DNA from: Nitrospirota bacterium
Lineage (GTDB): Bacteria; Nitrospirota; Thermodesulfovibrionia; Thermodesulfovibrionales; UBA9159
Assembly (NCBI GenBank): GCA_963699545.1
Contig: CAVOUE010000005.1
Coordinates: 256,001 to 320,000, forward strand
Length of the DNA stretch: 64,000 nucleotides
Reading direction: 5' to 3'
In this document: positions 20,044-30,077 of the stretch, one piece after another
How positions within the stretch are numbered: the first letter of the stretch is position 1
Layout of the letters: each line of letters starts with the position of its first letter
Made by a program: the position numbers and the translations under genes
Notes under the pieces: generated by a model
What the model was told of the DNA's origin: nothing
What the model saw: the letters and a program-made list of their open reading frames with translations, nothing else
Databases searched by the model: none

Positions 20044-20508
20044 TCAGGAAATTGAACGATCTTCCTGCCGCCATCGAAGAAGTTCGCCAAGATACGGATG
20101 GCTCACAATTATCCACATGAGAAACGGCAACAGCCATTTGACGCAGAGATACATCTCATAGGCGGGTGAGTCCTCATTTGACTGTGGTTGTCCTGCCGGA
20201 TAAATCACATACTGGATAAACAGCCAGTCGGTGAGAAAGAACGCCATAAGGCCTATACCAATAACAGCTGTCTTTTTCCTGCCGGAGATCCCTGGTGTCG
20301 CAAGCATAAGGGCAATGAATGCGGTTATCGTCATCGAGGAGCCGTAGAGAAAATATTCTATACCGGGTGGAACGTGATACTTTGAGTTCAGCAGGTCCAT
20401 CCCCTGCCCAAGTAACGCTGCATACCCGTGCAGCAGTTGATGCCCGAAAACAAACAGGATGAGGGAATATCCCAGGAATTTAAGAAGGAAGAGATATCCT
20501 GGTTTCAC
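20044..20508 (-). CDS. Exosortase-associated membrane protein
   Basis: 154 aa, about four TM segments; overlaps the exosortase gene. Confidence 0.6.
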   Translation of the reverse strand: MKPGYLFLLKFLGYSLILFVFGHQLLHGYAALLGQGMDLLNSKYHVPPGIEYFLYGSSMTITAFIALMLATPGISGRKKTAVIGIGLMAFFLTDWLFIQYVIYPAGQPQSNEDSPAYEMYLCVKWLLPFLMWIIVSHPYLGELLRWRQEDRSIS

Positions 20509-21034
20509 GGTTCACCACCTTGTCGATCCATATCAGCCACATGAAAACAACCATCACGATGAAGACCACTTGCCAGACGTACTGGTGAAAATATTCGGTG
20601 TACTGAGGCCTGAATTTATCTATCCACGCCATCATAAAAAGCCTCGTCATATTGGCCCCGAAGATGAAGGGTATTCCTGTGACAAGTGCGAGGCCCTTTG
20701 CCTTAAAGGAAGAGGGGTAGACCAGGACAAAAGAAGTGAAGATGAGCATGATGAATATTGCAGTGCATTCGGTTGTGACTAACCATGTGCTGTTGGTGAG
20801 GTATATTGTATTGCTGTCCACAGTTGCCTGAAGACCTGAAAGGTGTATCAGCCCTGTGATCACATAAGAAGTGAATATATCAAGAAAGGCCAGATATTCT
20901 TTCCTGCCGAGATACCAGACTATGAGGTCAAGAAGTACCACTGCAGAACAAAACAGGAGGGCGGTCTTCAGGAATTGTGTATTGCCGGAGACCGCCCCTT
21001 TCTGTTTATTGTCTGAATCCCCTATCTTCGACAT
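20480..21034 (-). CDS. Exosortase/archaeosortase family transpeptidase (XrtH-like short form)
   Basis: Multi-TM protein with catalytic C (TTECTAI), R (GANMTRL) and H (YFHQYVWQ). Confidence 0.8.
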   Translation of the reverse strand: MSKIGDSDNKQKGAVSGNTQFLKTALLFCSAVVLLDLIVWYLGRKEYLAFLDIFTSYVITGLIHLSGLQATVDSNTIYLTNSTWLVTTECTAIFIMLIFTSFVLVYPSSFKAKGLALVTGIPFIFGANMTRLFMMAWIDKFRPQYTEYFHQYVWQVVFIVMVVFMWLIWIDKVVNRETRISLPS

Positions 21035-21051
21035 TCTTGATTCAGGCTTCT

Positions 21052-21654
21052 TTATACTACTCTTTTTTTCCTTGAATAAATAATGACCCCAAGCCCTGCC
21101 AGTCCTATAACTATCAGCCCTATTGTCCCTGTTGCCGGCACTGGTACATATCTTGCCCCGGGACGCACGGCCCAGGCGTAGGCGGGATTAACCTTACCGG
21201 TGTAGCTCTGGATGCCATCGCTGAAGGCGGAAATCCACGCGTATGCCGTATCTGGCGCATACTCCGTACCTGACCAGTAGAAGTAGGTCTGCACATTCGT
21301 AAATGGCCCCGAGTTGGTCAAAGGGCCTCCTGCCACATTGCCCAACTCGGTGTAGTACAGATGCCCCATTTCACTATTGATGCAATTATAAGAGAGACCA
21401 CAAACAGGATCGGCATTGGGAAGCCGCCAGCCGGTGAGACCGGCAAAACCCCCAGCATTGTTCAGACTTGCAGCCCAGGCAACAGCTGAACTCCAAGTCA
21501 TCGCCCCTGCCGTATTGGCATTCTTCAGCCAACTGAGCTGCGTGTCCGTATCATGGATCGTCCCGTCGCCCATGTCCACAAGCGCCCCATGGGCTGAGAC
21601 AGCCAGCCCAAACACCATCACCAAAACGCTTAATAAGAAACATACCCTTTTCAT
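21052..21654 (-). CDS. Secreted DUF1566 (Lcl C-terminal-like) protein with C-terminal sorting signal
   Basis: Signal peptide; DGTIHDTDTQLSWLK, GWRLP, YWSGT, AWAVR; tail VPVPATGTIG + TM + SRKKR. Confidence 0.8.
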   Translation of the reverse strand: MKRVCFLLSVLVMVFGLAVSAHGALVDMGDGTIHDTDTQLSWLKNANTAGAMTWSSAVAWAASLNNAGGFAGLTGWRLPNADPVCGLSYNCINSEMGHLYYTELGNVAGGPLTNSGPFTNVQTYFYWSGTEYAPDTAYAWISAFSDGIQSYTGKVNPAYAWAVRPGARYVPVPATGTIGLIVIGLAGLGVIIYSRKKRVV

Positions 21655-21968
21655 TGTTATTACCTCCCCCTTAACCGAGATGTAAGATGTGGATAATTAC
21701 CTGATCTTATGCAATTTTTATACCTTTCCCTAAATTTCCTTATGATTATCAAAACAATGTATATCTAAATAGCGCACCTAAAGGATCTCAGGGTAGAGGA
21801 AAGGGATAGCATAAAATCGTAATTATGATGTAGCCTTTCTCAATTTGAGATTACCGGGTGGTTAAATCACCTAAATCAATGATAATTTCACCATTTACCG
21901 GGAATGACTTGGCACAGGTCTGTATAGCCTGAAGTAAGACACATTCAATCAATACCATTTCAAAAATA

Positions 21969-21997
21969 AGAACCCCGCCCAAGACGGGCGGGGTTCT
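21969..21997 (-). terminator. Rho-independent terminator of the selenocytochrome gene
   Basis: Perfect 12-bp stem AGAACCCCGCCC/GGGCGGGGTTCT followed on the minus strand by TATTTTT. Confidence 0.8.
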
Positions 21998-22020
21998 ATC
22001 GAAAGCAAGTCAGCCCTATC

Positions 22021-23223
22021 TTATTTGTCGAGAGATACCTTCTTTGTCACCGAGTGGATCGGATACTTGTTGTCAGGGTTGACGTCCTCGTAGACAAGGT
22101 CCACCGTAACGTCAGCTGCTCTCACCCCTGCAGGGAGATCGAACTCGATCGTCTCTGCCTTTGTCTTATTGGGCTGGAGGCTCGTATCGCGCAGATTTGC
22201 CACTTTCCATTGTGCCCCGTACTTCATCTTTGTGTCGCGGCAGTTTGTGGCTTGAGGGTGATAATGCTTCTCCACTTTCCCGATCTCTTTGCCGTCTGCT
22301 GCCTTTGCGGTCACTACCATGACCACTCTGTTATGGGAGGGTCAGCCATCCGGGATTCTGTGTCCTGCAGCAGTGGTGATTTTCGTTTCTACCACGATCT
22401 TCGGAACATACGTGGCAGCCTTTCTTAGCCACTCATAACCGATGGCCTGAACATCGAGATTAATTGCCTTGGCAAGAAGTTCGGAAGTCCCCTTGTCGTC
22501 ATTGAAGTTGGGCGCGATGAGGTGATCTCCGTTTTTCATGTGGCATTCCTGGCAGGTGTGTGTCCCCCCCGAGGATACGTAGTTATGCAGATAGCTCCCA
22601 TAGAGGTTAGCACACTGGAATGCCTGATCAAACTCAAGGTTTGGACCAAGTCCGTGGCACTGTCCGCAAAAGACCGAATCCTGAATGATAGCGCTCTTCT
22701 TCACCTTCGTGAAAGTCTTATCAGCATGAGAAGCCACGTCTTTCGTGCCGTAAAGAACGCCCATCTCCGGCTCGCCCAATTCTCTCTTGTGGATGATCGC
22801 CTTGGTGTTATGACAGACGATGCAGGTGATCTGCAGCTTGGCGACTTTGGCCGAATCTTTCGCGAGAAGCGCCTCTGCCAATTCAACTGCTACTGAATCC
22901 TCAGCAGAGGTAACAGCCTGCGGGAGGTGGCACTTAAAACATGGGAAATTCTTTAATGTGGCCTTCTTGGGCTCATCCGGAGAAAAAGCGGTTGCACCCT
23001 TTGTCGCGAGCGGCGTCAGCATTAAGCCGCCCTTGACGCCCATCAAAGGTCTTGCATGGTGGGATTTTTCCCACGCTGCATAGATTTCCGCATGACAGGA
23101 TTTACAGCCTGACGAGTCATACATCTTTGCCAGTTCATCGATGGTCTTCGCCTTTTGTGCTGATGCTGTAAACGGCAACGCGATCAGCAGCAGCAAGACC
23201 AGCATAATCTTAAGACCCTTCAT
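22021..23223 (-). CDS. extKL: Pentaheme c-type cytochrome selenoprotein (ExtKL/MHSEP type), UGA at 22344-22342 read as Sec
   Basis: Signal peptide; five CxxCH (CKSCH, CFKCH, CIVCH, CGQCH, CQECH); GHRIPDG-TGA-PSHNRVV continues in frame into ORF 22021-22326; SECIS-like hairpin downstream; 400 aa in total. Confidence 0.88.
22307..22326 (-). promoter_or_regulatory. Bacterial SECIS-like hairpin
   Basis: GTGGTCAT-GGTA-GTGACCGC, an 8-bp stem with a G-led 4-nt loop starting 23 nt after the UGA. Confidence 0.7.
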
Positions 23224-23316
23224 AACCCCTCCTTTTTCATTCGTGCGCCTCCTCCTCCCCCTCAGGACCAGACTCCATATCACCCCCTTTCTTCTTGCTT
23301 TTAAATTCCTATAAAA

Positions 23317-23345
23317 AGTGTACGTCCGATACCGGCCATTGTCAA
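23317..23345 (-). promoter_or_regulatory. Sigma70-type promoter for the selenocytochrome gene
   Basis: TTGACA-N17-TACACT on the minus strand; TTATG-N10-CATAA inverted repeat just upstream (23371-23390). Confidence 0.6.
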
Positions 23346-23534
23346 CAGAGTATCAGCATGATGCCTTTCATTATGCACACAAATTCATAAGTGAATTTTA
23401 CCGGCGTCATCTTCTCCTTCCTGCTGTCTTTCGCATAGCAATGCGCAGTCTTTCAGGAACAGAATGATGAGCAGAATGACGTTATCTGCAGGCTTCAGAG
23501 AGAGCAAGGCGGGGGACAGTCCGGCGTTGCGGCA

Positions 23535-24236
23535 CTATCCGGATAAACGAGAGGCATATACTTCCTCGATACCACCGTTATGCATTTTCATATGCCTCCT
23601 GGTCTGTTTTGCCAGTTCCTTGTTGTGGGTCACCATAAGGAACGTTATCAGTTTTGTTTGATTCATTGTCATGAACAAGTTCATCACCGCTGCCTCGGTT
23701 TCCTCATCAAGATCTCCGGTCGGTTCATCGGCAAGGATCATCTCAGGCTCGTTCATGAAAGCACGCGCAATGGCGATACGCCTTTGCTGGCCGCCGGATA
23801 TCTGAGCAGGGTACGCATCAGCCTTGTCACTCAGTCCGACCAATCTCAATAGTTCCAGGGCCCTCTCTTCCGCCTTACCCGCAGGAAGTTTGCCGGCATG
23901 AAACCCCACAGGGAGAAGGAGGTTCTCCTTTGCGGTCAGCATCGGAAGCAGGCTCGCGAACTGGAATACGAATCCGATCTTCTCGCACCGGTACTCAGAG
24001 AGCCTGTCGGTGTCGAAGGTGTAAATGTCACTGCCGTTAAAGAGAACCCTCCCTGCCGAAGGTTTCGCGATGCCCCCAAGGATCGAAAGAAGGGTCGTTT
24101 TGCCCGAACCGGAATGACCGATGATCGAAACGAACTCTCCGCGATCGATCGCAAATGACGCGTTGTTCACCGCATGAAGCACCGTTTCACCTACGGCGAA
24201 GCTCTTTGTCACCTCTTCAACGACCAGTTGCGGCAA
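23535..24236 (-). CDS. ABC transporter ATP-binding protein (LolD/MacB-like)
   Basis: [33 protein letters not shown] start after GGGGG RBS. Confidence 0.9.
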   Translation of the reverse strand: MPQLVVEEVTKSFAVGETVLHAVNNASFAIDRGEFVSIIGHSGSGKTTLLSILGGIAKPSAGRVLFNGSDIYTFDTDRLSEYRCEKIGFVFQFASLLPMLTAKENLLLPVGFHAGKLPAGKAEERALELLRLVGLSDKADAYPAQISGGQQRRIAIARAFMNEPEMILADEPTGDLDEETEAAVMNLFMTMNQTKLITFLMVTHNKELAKQTRRHMKMHNGGIEEVYASRLSG

Positions 24237-24238
24237 AC

Positions 24239-25435
24239 CTATTCCCCCTTTAATACAATGAGCGGCTCTATCTTCTTTATCCTCTGAATGGGCGAAAGCG
24301 CGCCAACGACACAGATCCCGGTGCCGATCACGAGCCCCGACACGGCAATACACAGACGTTCCACCACGCTCAGGTCCGTTGATATGTTCTTCAAAATGGC
24401 AAACCCTTTGGCGAGCACCAGGGAAAGGACGGTCCCCGAAACAATGCCGATGAGGCTGCCGATACCGCCGATGACCGCCACCTCAAGAAGGAAGAGTCTC
24501 ATCACATGGGACTCTTTTGCCCCGATGGCCCTCATGATCCCCACTTCCTTGGCCCTCTCATTGGCAATGCCGGAAAAAACAGCCCAGGCAAGAAATGCCG
24601 CGAGGAACGACGCAAGGATGATCGTCATGAGGAATATCCGGTTGATGTCCCTCAGTGCATTGAGAACATTCTTGCCGATATCCTTTCTCGCAACGGTATC
24701 GGTTTCGATTATGGAGTCTTCAAGATCTGCTGCAACACGAATAGGATCGTACCCCTTTTTAACCCTGGCAAAGATGACCGATATCTGCCCCGGTTTTATA
24801 TTGGCCTTGCCCTTTTTTAGAATATCATCGATATTGTTCTCATCGATGAATATCGCCGTATCGAGCCCCGTCCCTGTTTTATCAAGCACCCCGACCATCT
24901 TAAAGACGTTCCCAAAAAGGACGCTGTCCACTTCGGTAAGGCCCAAACGGATATTGAACGCTGATTCGCTGCCGACAATAGCCTCCCCTCTTTCGAGCTT
25001 CCTTCCGAGCTTCTTGTTCAGCCAGGGTCTAATGACAAAATCAGTATCCTGGTTGAACGCCACTACAATGGACTCGGGTACATCGCAACACGCGCCTGTT
25101 ATGGTGGCAAGATACGTCTGGTGCGTCAGCGCACCGATCCCATTGATCTTCCTCACCCTCTCCAATATCCCTTTGTCCATATAGAACGTCTTGACCTTAT
25201 TTTCGAGAAGCACGTCCTCTGCAGCGCCTCTTGACCCCGCAGGCACGATCAGCAGGTCTGCGCCAAGTCTTTCGGAAGTGATCCTGATGCTCGAATCGAC
25301 CCGACGCACAAATGACAGGGCAAAGACAAGAACGGATACCAGAAGACCGATCGCTACTATCAGTATCCCCGTTCTGAGCGGTTTTCTTTTCAGGTTCTTT
25401 ATCGCAAGCGAAGAAAGAGTGAATTCGTTTGTCAT
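24239..25435 (-). CDS. ABC transporter permease (MacB/FtsX family)
   Basis: KNLKRKPLRT, RLGADLLIVP, ERAKEVGIMRAIGA; periplasmic ACCD motif. Confidence 0.88.
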   Translation of the reverse strand: MTNEFTLSSLAIKNLKRKPLRTGILIVAIGLLVSVLVFALSFVRRVDSSIRITSERLGADLLIVPAGSRGAAEDVLLENKVKTFYMDKGILERVRKINGIGALTHQTYLATITGACCDVPESIVVAFNQDTDFVIRPWLNKKLGRKLERGEAIVGSESAFNIRLGLTEVDSVLFGNVFKMVGVLDKTGTGLDTAIFIDENNIDDILKKGKANIKPGQISVIFARVKKGYDPIRVAADLEDSIIETDTVARKDIGKNVLNALRDINRIFLMTIILASFLAAFLAWAVFSGIANERAKEVGIMRAIGAKESHVMRLFLLEVAVIGGIGSLIGIVSGTVLSLVLAKGFAILKNISTDLSVVERLCIAVSGLVIGTGICVVGALSPIQRIKKIEPLIVLKGE

Positions 25436-25516
25436 TAGATCGTTATTATAGCGGAATGAGAGACATTCTTTCTATGCGGCCATATGGCCGCATAGAAAGA
25501 ATTCAAAGATGGGATG

Positions 25517-26662
25517 TTATTTCTTGTAGTTTGTGTCCAGGCCGCAGAGGATGGCGTTCTTGTCGCCTTTCCCCATGGTCTTGTGACATCCGAAACAGAC
25601 CGAAGCAGTCTTGCCCACAAGCTTCTTGGCATCAGCGTCATACAGCAGCAATACGCCATCCGTGATCTTCTTGCCAGGCGTCGGTTTGCCCTCGGGGTCG
25701 CATCCCTCGGTCTCCGCGGTTCTCAGTGTCAGAAGGGCATATTTGCCGTCAGGCGTCGGCTGTACATCATGGTTCTCGCCAAAATCGGGTTTCGTCATCT
25801 TCTCATCCAGGAGCTTCAGGCTTGCGGCATCGATCACCCACATCCTGTCAGCAGCCGACTGGTAGATGACCTTATCATCAGCGCTGAAATACATTCTGAA
25901 GGTAATGGTCTTCCCGGCCTCGCCCGTAAAGGTGGCTCTCTTAAGCTCTTTCATCTTGCCTTTTTCCAAAGAGGGGAGATCCACAAGGATCATATCCTGC
26001 TTGCCGTTCATTTTTCCGTCCTCGCCTTTCTGGCTGAGCACGATGACAAATTTCTTCATGTCATGAGAATTGATCCCGTGCACGAACTGATAGGTGCCGG
26101 GCTTGTACCCGAGGTCGCTTACGAACACCCTGTGTTTATGGTCCATGGTCTTCTTATCGAATACATCAACATAGCCTTCGCTGCCCATGAACACCGGCAT
26201 GTAGTATGCCTTGCTCTGGCCTGAAGCGCAGTAGACCGGTCCCGTTTTCGCAGGGGACCTCGGATCCGGAGTCATTGCAACATCCTTGATCACCTTGCCT
26301 GTCTTCAGATCGGATTTGCCCACGTGCATCTTCCCGTCCTTGTCCAGCCCGTACGTCGACCAGAACAGCGTGTTCCCATCCACCGCATCAATTCTTGAAT
26401 CATGAGTTTTATAGCCGTCCGGTGAACCGATGCTCACCATATCGAGACTGTTCACCTTAACAGGATCAGCAGCATTATTCGGATCGATGGTCACATCTGC
26501 CTTGGCAAAGTGTCCGCCATGCCCTGCTACGTAAACCGTGGTCGAATATATCTTCTTTGCTGCCGTCGCAATGGAAGTCTTCGAATCAGCAGCGGTGAAC
26601 ACAAGATACGCGCAAAATACAACCGCTACCAACGTCGCAAAAACAACTACTTTCTTCTTCAT
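25517..26662 (-). CDS. Secreted beta-propeller-like protein with one C-terminal CxxCH motif
   Basis: N-terminal signal/anchor; repeated beta-strand blades (HDSRID, HGINSHD, HDVQPTPDGKY); CFGCH near the C-terminus. Confidence 0.65.
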   Translation of the reverse strand: MKKKVVVFATLVAVVFCAYLVFTAADSKTSIATAAKKIYSTTVYVAGHGGHFAKADVTIDPNNAADPVKVNSLDMVSIGSPDGYKTHDSRIDAVDGNTLFWSTYGLDKDGKMHVGKSDLKTGKVIKDVAMTPDPRSPAKTGPVYCASGQSKAYYMPVFMGSEGYVDVFDKKTMDHKHRVFVSDLGYKPGTYQFVHGINSHDMKKFVIVLSQKGEDGKMNGKQDMILVDLPSLEKGKMKELKRATFTGEAGKTITFRMYFSADDKVIYQSAADRMWVIDAASLKLLDEKMTKPDFGENHDVQPTPDGKYALLTLRTAETEGCDPEGKPTPGKKITDGVLLLYDADAKKLVGKTASVCFGCHKTMGKGDKNAILCGLDTNYKK

Positions 26663-26929
26663 TTACATCCTCCCCTTATCGTGTTTGTTTAGTCGACCTA
26701 CTTCACGCTGGTCGGATCTGCGTTTCCGCCGCCACCTCCTTTCATCACGTCCAACCAGTATTGTGCAGTGAAACCTCATGATGGGAAAATCTTACTCTGT
26801 GCCCTGCGACGCTCAAAAGCATTTTTTATAGTAGTATATAACCACGACTCAGAGCAAGTTATAGACAAATAAAATCTTCTTATAGGCATATTTGCGCTCC
26901 TAGAATGCGAGAAAGTTTCGAACCCCTCT

Positions 26930-27382
26930 TCACCTGTTAATGCTTACGGACAGGAGTTTTTCCCCTGACCGTTCGAAGACCAGGCCGAGTCTGAACTCGT
27001 ACCCTACGCGCGCATCCTCCGGCAGCTTGAATACCATAATATGCAGACCTCCGGGTCTTAATTCTACCGTGCTCTTTGCCGGAATGGGTATCTCCTCCCT
27101 CTTTGTCATCTTCCCGTCTTTGACATCGTGAATTTCGGTGATCGTTCCAGGGATATCCGCTCTTGCGCTGACCAATTTGTCATCCCCATTCCCTGAGTTC
27201 TCGATCCGCAGGAAGATAGAGCAGACCCTCAGAAGCGCAGGAGACAGTCGCGCCTCCTGTTTTTCAATCTCTATGTGGGGAACCCTGGAACATGCTGCGA
27301 TACCGGCTGCCATGAGAGATGAAGCAACTAAGAAGAACAAGATGCTGAACGCACCCTTTAACTCCAGGGTCTTTTTCCCCAC
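26930..27382 (-). CDS. Copper chaperone PCu(A)C family lipoprotein
   Basis: Lipobox IAAC; EIHDVKDGKM...VELRPGGLHIM (H-M-H-M ligands); GTG start after GGGAGG. Confidence 0.82.
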   Translation of the reverse strand: MGKKTLELKGAFSILFFLVASSLMAAGIAACSRVPHIEIEKQEARLSPALLRVCSIFLRIENSGNGDDKLVSARADIPGTITEIHDVKDGKMTKREEIPIPAKSTVELRPGGLHIMVFKLPEDARVGYEFRLGLVFERSGEKLLSVSINR

Positions 27383-27558
27383 GATCCCTCCCGGATTCTG
27401 GTCATAGATATCACAACCGGTCACCTCTATGATTTTTTTAGAGACCCTGGTCCGTTCCGTCTCTCCGCTTTTCCTGTCGGGACCACCATAAAGGGCTGTC
27501 ATCGGTCTGGAACACCCTCTGACAGCCCCCTCCAGTCAACCGACCGACGTTCTTGCGG

Positions 27559-27828
27559 TTAATAGGGAATGATCACATCATAACCGGCCAGGGCCTTGGC
27601 GATCTGCTCTGTGGTCATCTGCTCAAATTTATTTTCAGGATTGTTCGAAAAAATCTTTGCGTCCATATCGCCAAGGGTCTCGACATTAAGGTCGGTATTC
27701 TCGTCGGATTCAAGCTTTTTGTCCATAACGAATACATTCACCTCATCGTCAGCAAGGGTGAGCCCCACCGCCATCCTTAATGCCTCTGCCTGCCTGTCCC
27801 TTATAAGCACAGCGATTTTCTTTGCCAT
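27559..27828 (-). CDS. DsrF-like small protein (YTD-cluster conserved hypothetical)
   Basis: KKIAVLIRDRQAEALRMAVGLTL...LAGYDVIIPY, a DsrE/F-fold pattern. Confidence 0.7.
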   Translation of the reverse strand: MAKKIAVLIRDRQAEALRMAVGLTLADDEVNVFVMDKKLESDENTDLNVETLGDMDAKIFSNNPENKFEQMTTEQIAKALAGYDVIIPY

Positions 27829-27946
27829 ATCTTTCTCCCTCCAAAGAATCGTATGGGTCTATTTTTATCACAGAGAATAACGGTTCGTCAAGGGAATAAT
27901 AGAGCCATATGGAATATAAATCCCTGTTTGTTTCATAATAGAAATC

Positions 27947-28933
27947 ATGGAGCAGTTCATCTCTGTCATCATTCCCAACTACAATGGGAGCGCGACCATA
28001 GAAAAGTGCCTCGGTGCGGTCTATTCCTCGGACTGTGCCCGCTTTGAAGTGATCGTCGTGGACGACTGCTCCACAGACCGTTCAACCGAGATCATAGGGA
28101 AATTTCCCTGCATTCTGGTGGAGCTGGATAAGCACTCGGGGGCGGCGGGAGCACGGAATATGGGGGCGCTCCGGAGCAGCGGCGAGATCCTTTTTTTCAC
28201 TGACGCGGACTGCGTTCTCGCCACGGACACACTTTCACGTGCAGTCCGGTCCATTAAGGGACGAGAAGACTCGGTCATTGGCGGGACCTACGCGGCTATC
28301 CCCTATGATGAGACGTTTTTCAGCACATTCCAGTCCATATTTGTTCATTACTCGGAAACGAGAAGAACCGTTCCCGATTATATCGCAACCCATGCCATGG
28401 TGATCACCCGTGACCTTTTCAGAAAATCAGGAGGATTCTCTGAAGATTTCCTCCCGATCCTTGAGGACGTGGAATTCAGTCACCGGCTCCGCAGATCAGG
28501 TTCCGGCCTCATTATGGACCCTCTCATTCTCGTCCGCCACATATTCAACTTCACACTGATAAAATCCCTCGGGAATGCCTTCAGGAAGTCCATGTTCTGG
28601 ATCGGATATTCCCTCAAAAACAAGGATGTATTGGCTGATTCAGGCACTGCATCCAGGGAACTCAAGCTGAATGTTGTCTCGTTCTTCCTCTCTGCTCTTC
28701 TTCTGCTTCACGCGTATGGTTCGGGAAAGGTACTGTTGCTGTCCTTGCTTCCCTTCATCGCTGCCTTGAATCTTTTCTCAAGCAGGGGACTGATCAGGGC
28801 ATTTCATCAGACGAAAGGGTTTCACTTTGCTGTAGCCGCGACGATGTATTACTCGCTGCTTTATCCCGTGGCCGTAGGGGCTGGGGCTATGGCAGGTGCG
28901 TTGAGATTCTTCCGTTCCGGTGACGGACGATGA
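27947..28933 (+). CDS. Glycosyltransferase family 2 with C-terminal TM helices
   Basis: SVIIPNYN, VVDDCSTD, ARNMG, FTDAD, EDVEF. Confidence 0.9.
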   Translation: MEQFISVIIPNYNGSATIEKCLGAVYSSDCARFEVIVVDDCSTDRSTEIIGKFPCILVELDKHSGAAGARNMGALRSSGEILFFTDADCVLATDTLSRAVRSIKGREDSVIGGTYAAIPYDETFFSTFQSIFVHYSETRRTVPDYIATHAMVITRDLFRKSGGFSEDFLPILEDVEFSHRLRRSGSGLIMDPLILVRHIFNFTLIKSLGNAFRKSMFWIGYSLKNKDVLADSGTASRELKLNVVSFFLSALLLLHAYGSGKVLLLSLLPFIAALNLFSSRGLIRAFHQTKGFHFAVAATMYYSLLYPVAVGAGAMAGALRFFRSGDGR

Positions 28934-30009
28934 TGCATTCTCCCTTCCGGCATGCCGGTTCCCTTCTCCGGAAGAACAGGATGATCCATCTCACCTTTTT
29001 TGTGACCGGGCGGTGTAATCTCAGGTGCCCCTTCTGTTTCTCCCTCAGCGGACACGGGAAACCTGCGGCTGAGAATGAACTGACACTCGCCGAAATAGAG
29101 AGGATATCCGGCTCCATGGGCGATCTGCTCTGGCTCGCCTTCTCGGGCGGCGAGGTCTTTCTCAGAGAAGACATCGTCCAGATCAGCAGTATCTTCTACA
29201 AAAACAACAGACCTGCCATTATGCTTTTTCCGACAAACGGGATGCTTCCCGAACTGATCCGTGACAGGATGGAGGAGATCCTTCGCTGCTGCAACAAGAG
29301 CGTCATAGCGGTGAAGCTTTCCATGGAGGGTCTCCACGAGGCCCACGACAGACTTCGCGGCAAAGAGGGCAGCTTTGAGAAGACCATGGCCACCTATCAC
29401 CTCCTCGGAGACCTCGTTTCGAGATATCCGCACTTCGAGCTGGGGGTCAATACGGTCTTCTATTCTGAAAATCAGGACATGATGCATGAGATCATCGATT
29501 TTGTGAAGGGAATGGAAAATGTGACGACTCACACGATATCCATGGTTCGCGGAGATAGGGTGGAGGAACGTTTTAAGAAAGTCGATTATCAGAAATACCT
29601 TGCCGCCATAGAAAGACTCGAGGAGGGTCTGAAGGACCGGACTTCGCGCACCTACCGTTTCAGGGGAGCGCGTATCAAGGCTGCGCAGGACATACTGCAG
29701 CGCCGGCTTATACACCGTACTACCGTGGAGAAAAAACGCCTCATCCCCTGCTATGCGGGAAGGCTGAACCTGGTGCTGACGGAGACCGGCAATGTGTATC
29801 CGTGCGAGATCCTGACAGAAGCATTCGGCAACATAAGGGACTATGATTGCGACCTGGGGAAGCTCATCCGGTCGGAAAAGGCCAGGGAAGTCATTCGGTC
29901 CATTGTGGAGGACAGATGTTATTGCACTCATGAATGCTATTTCATGACGAACATCCTTTTTAATCCAAGGCTCTATCCTCTCCTTGCAAAAGAATACGTG
30001 CAACTTTGA
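28930..30009 (+). CDS. Radical SAM / SPASM-type protein
   Basis: CNLRCPFC motif; C-terminal CYAG...GNVYPCE...CYCTHEC. Confidence 0.9.
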   Translation: MMHSPFRHAGSLLRKNRMIHLTFFVTGRCNLRCPFCFSLSGHGKPAAENELTLAEIERISGSMGDLLWLAFSGGEVFLREDIVQISSIFYKNNRPAIMLFPTNGMLPELIRDRMEEILRCCNKSVIAVKLSMEGLHEAHDRLRGKEGSFEKTMATYHLLGDLVSRYPHFELGVNTVFYSENQDMMHEIIDFVKGMENVTTHTISMVRGDRVEERFKKVDYQKYLAAIERLEEGLKDRTSRTYRFRGARIKAAQDILQRRLIHRTTVEKKRLIPCYAGRLNLVLTETGNVYPCEILTEAFGNIRDYDCDLGKLIRSEKAREVIRSIVEDRCYCTHECYFMTNILFNPRLYPLLAKEYVQL

Positions 30010-30077
30010 GCGGCTTCGGTCAATGGGCGGTCGTCTCGACTTTCCGGAAGGCGATCCGCTTGAAATAAATTAGGGAT

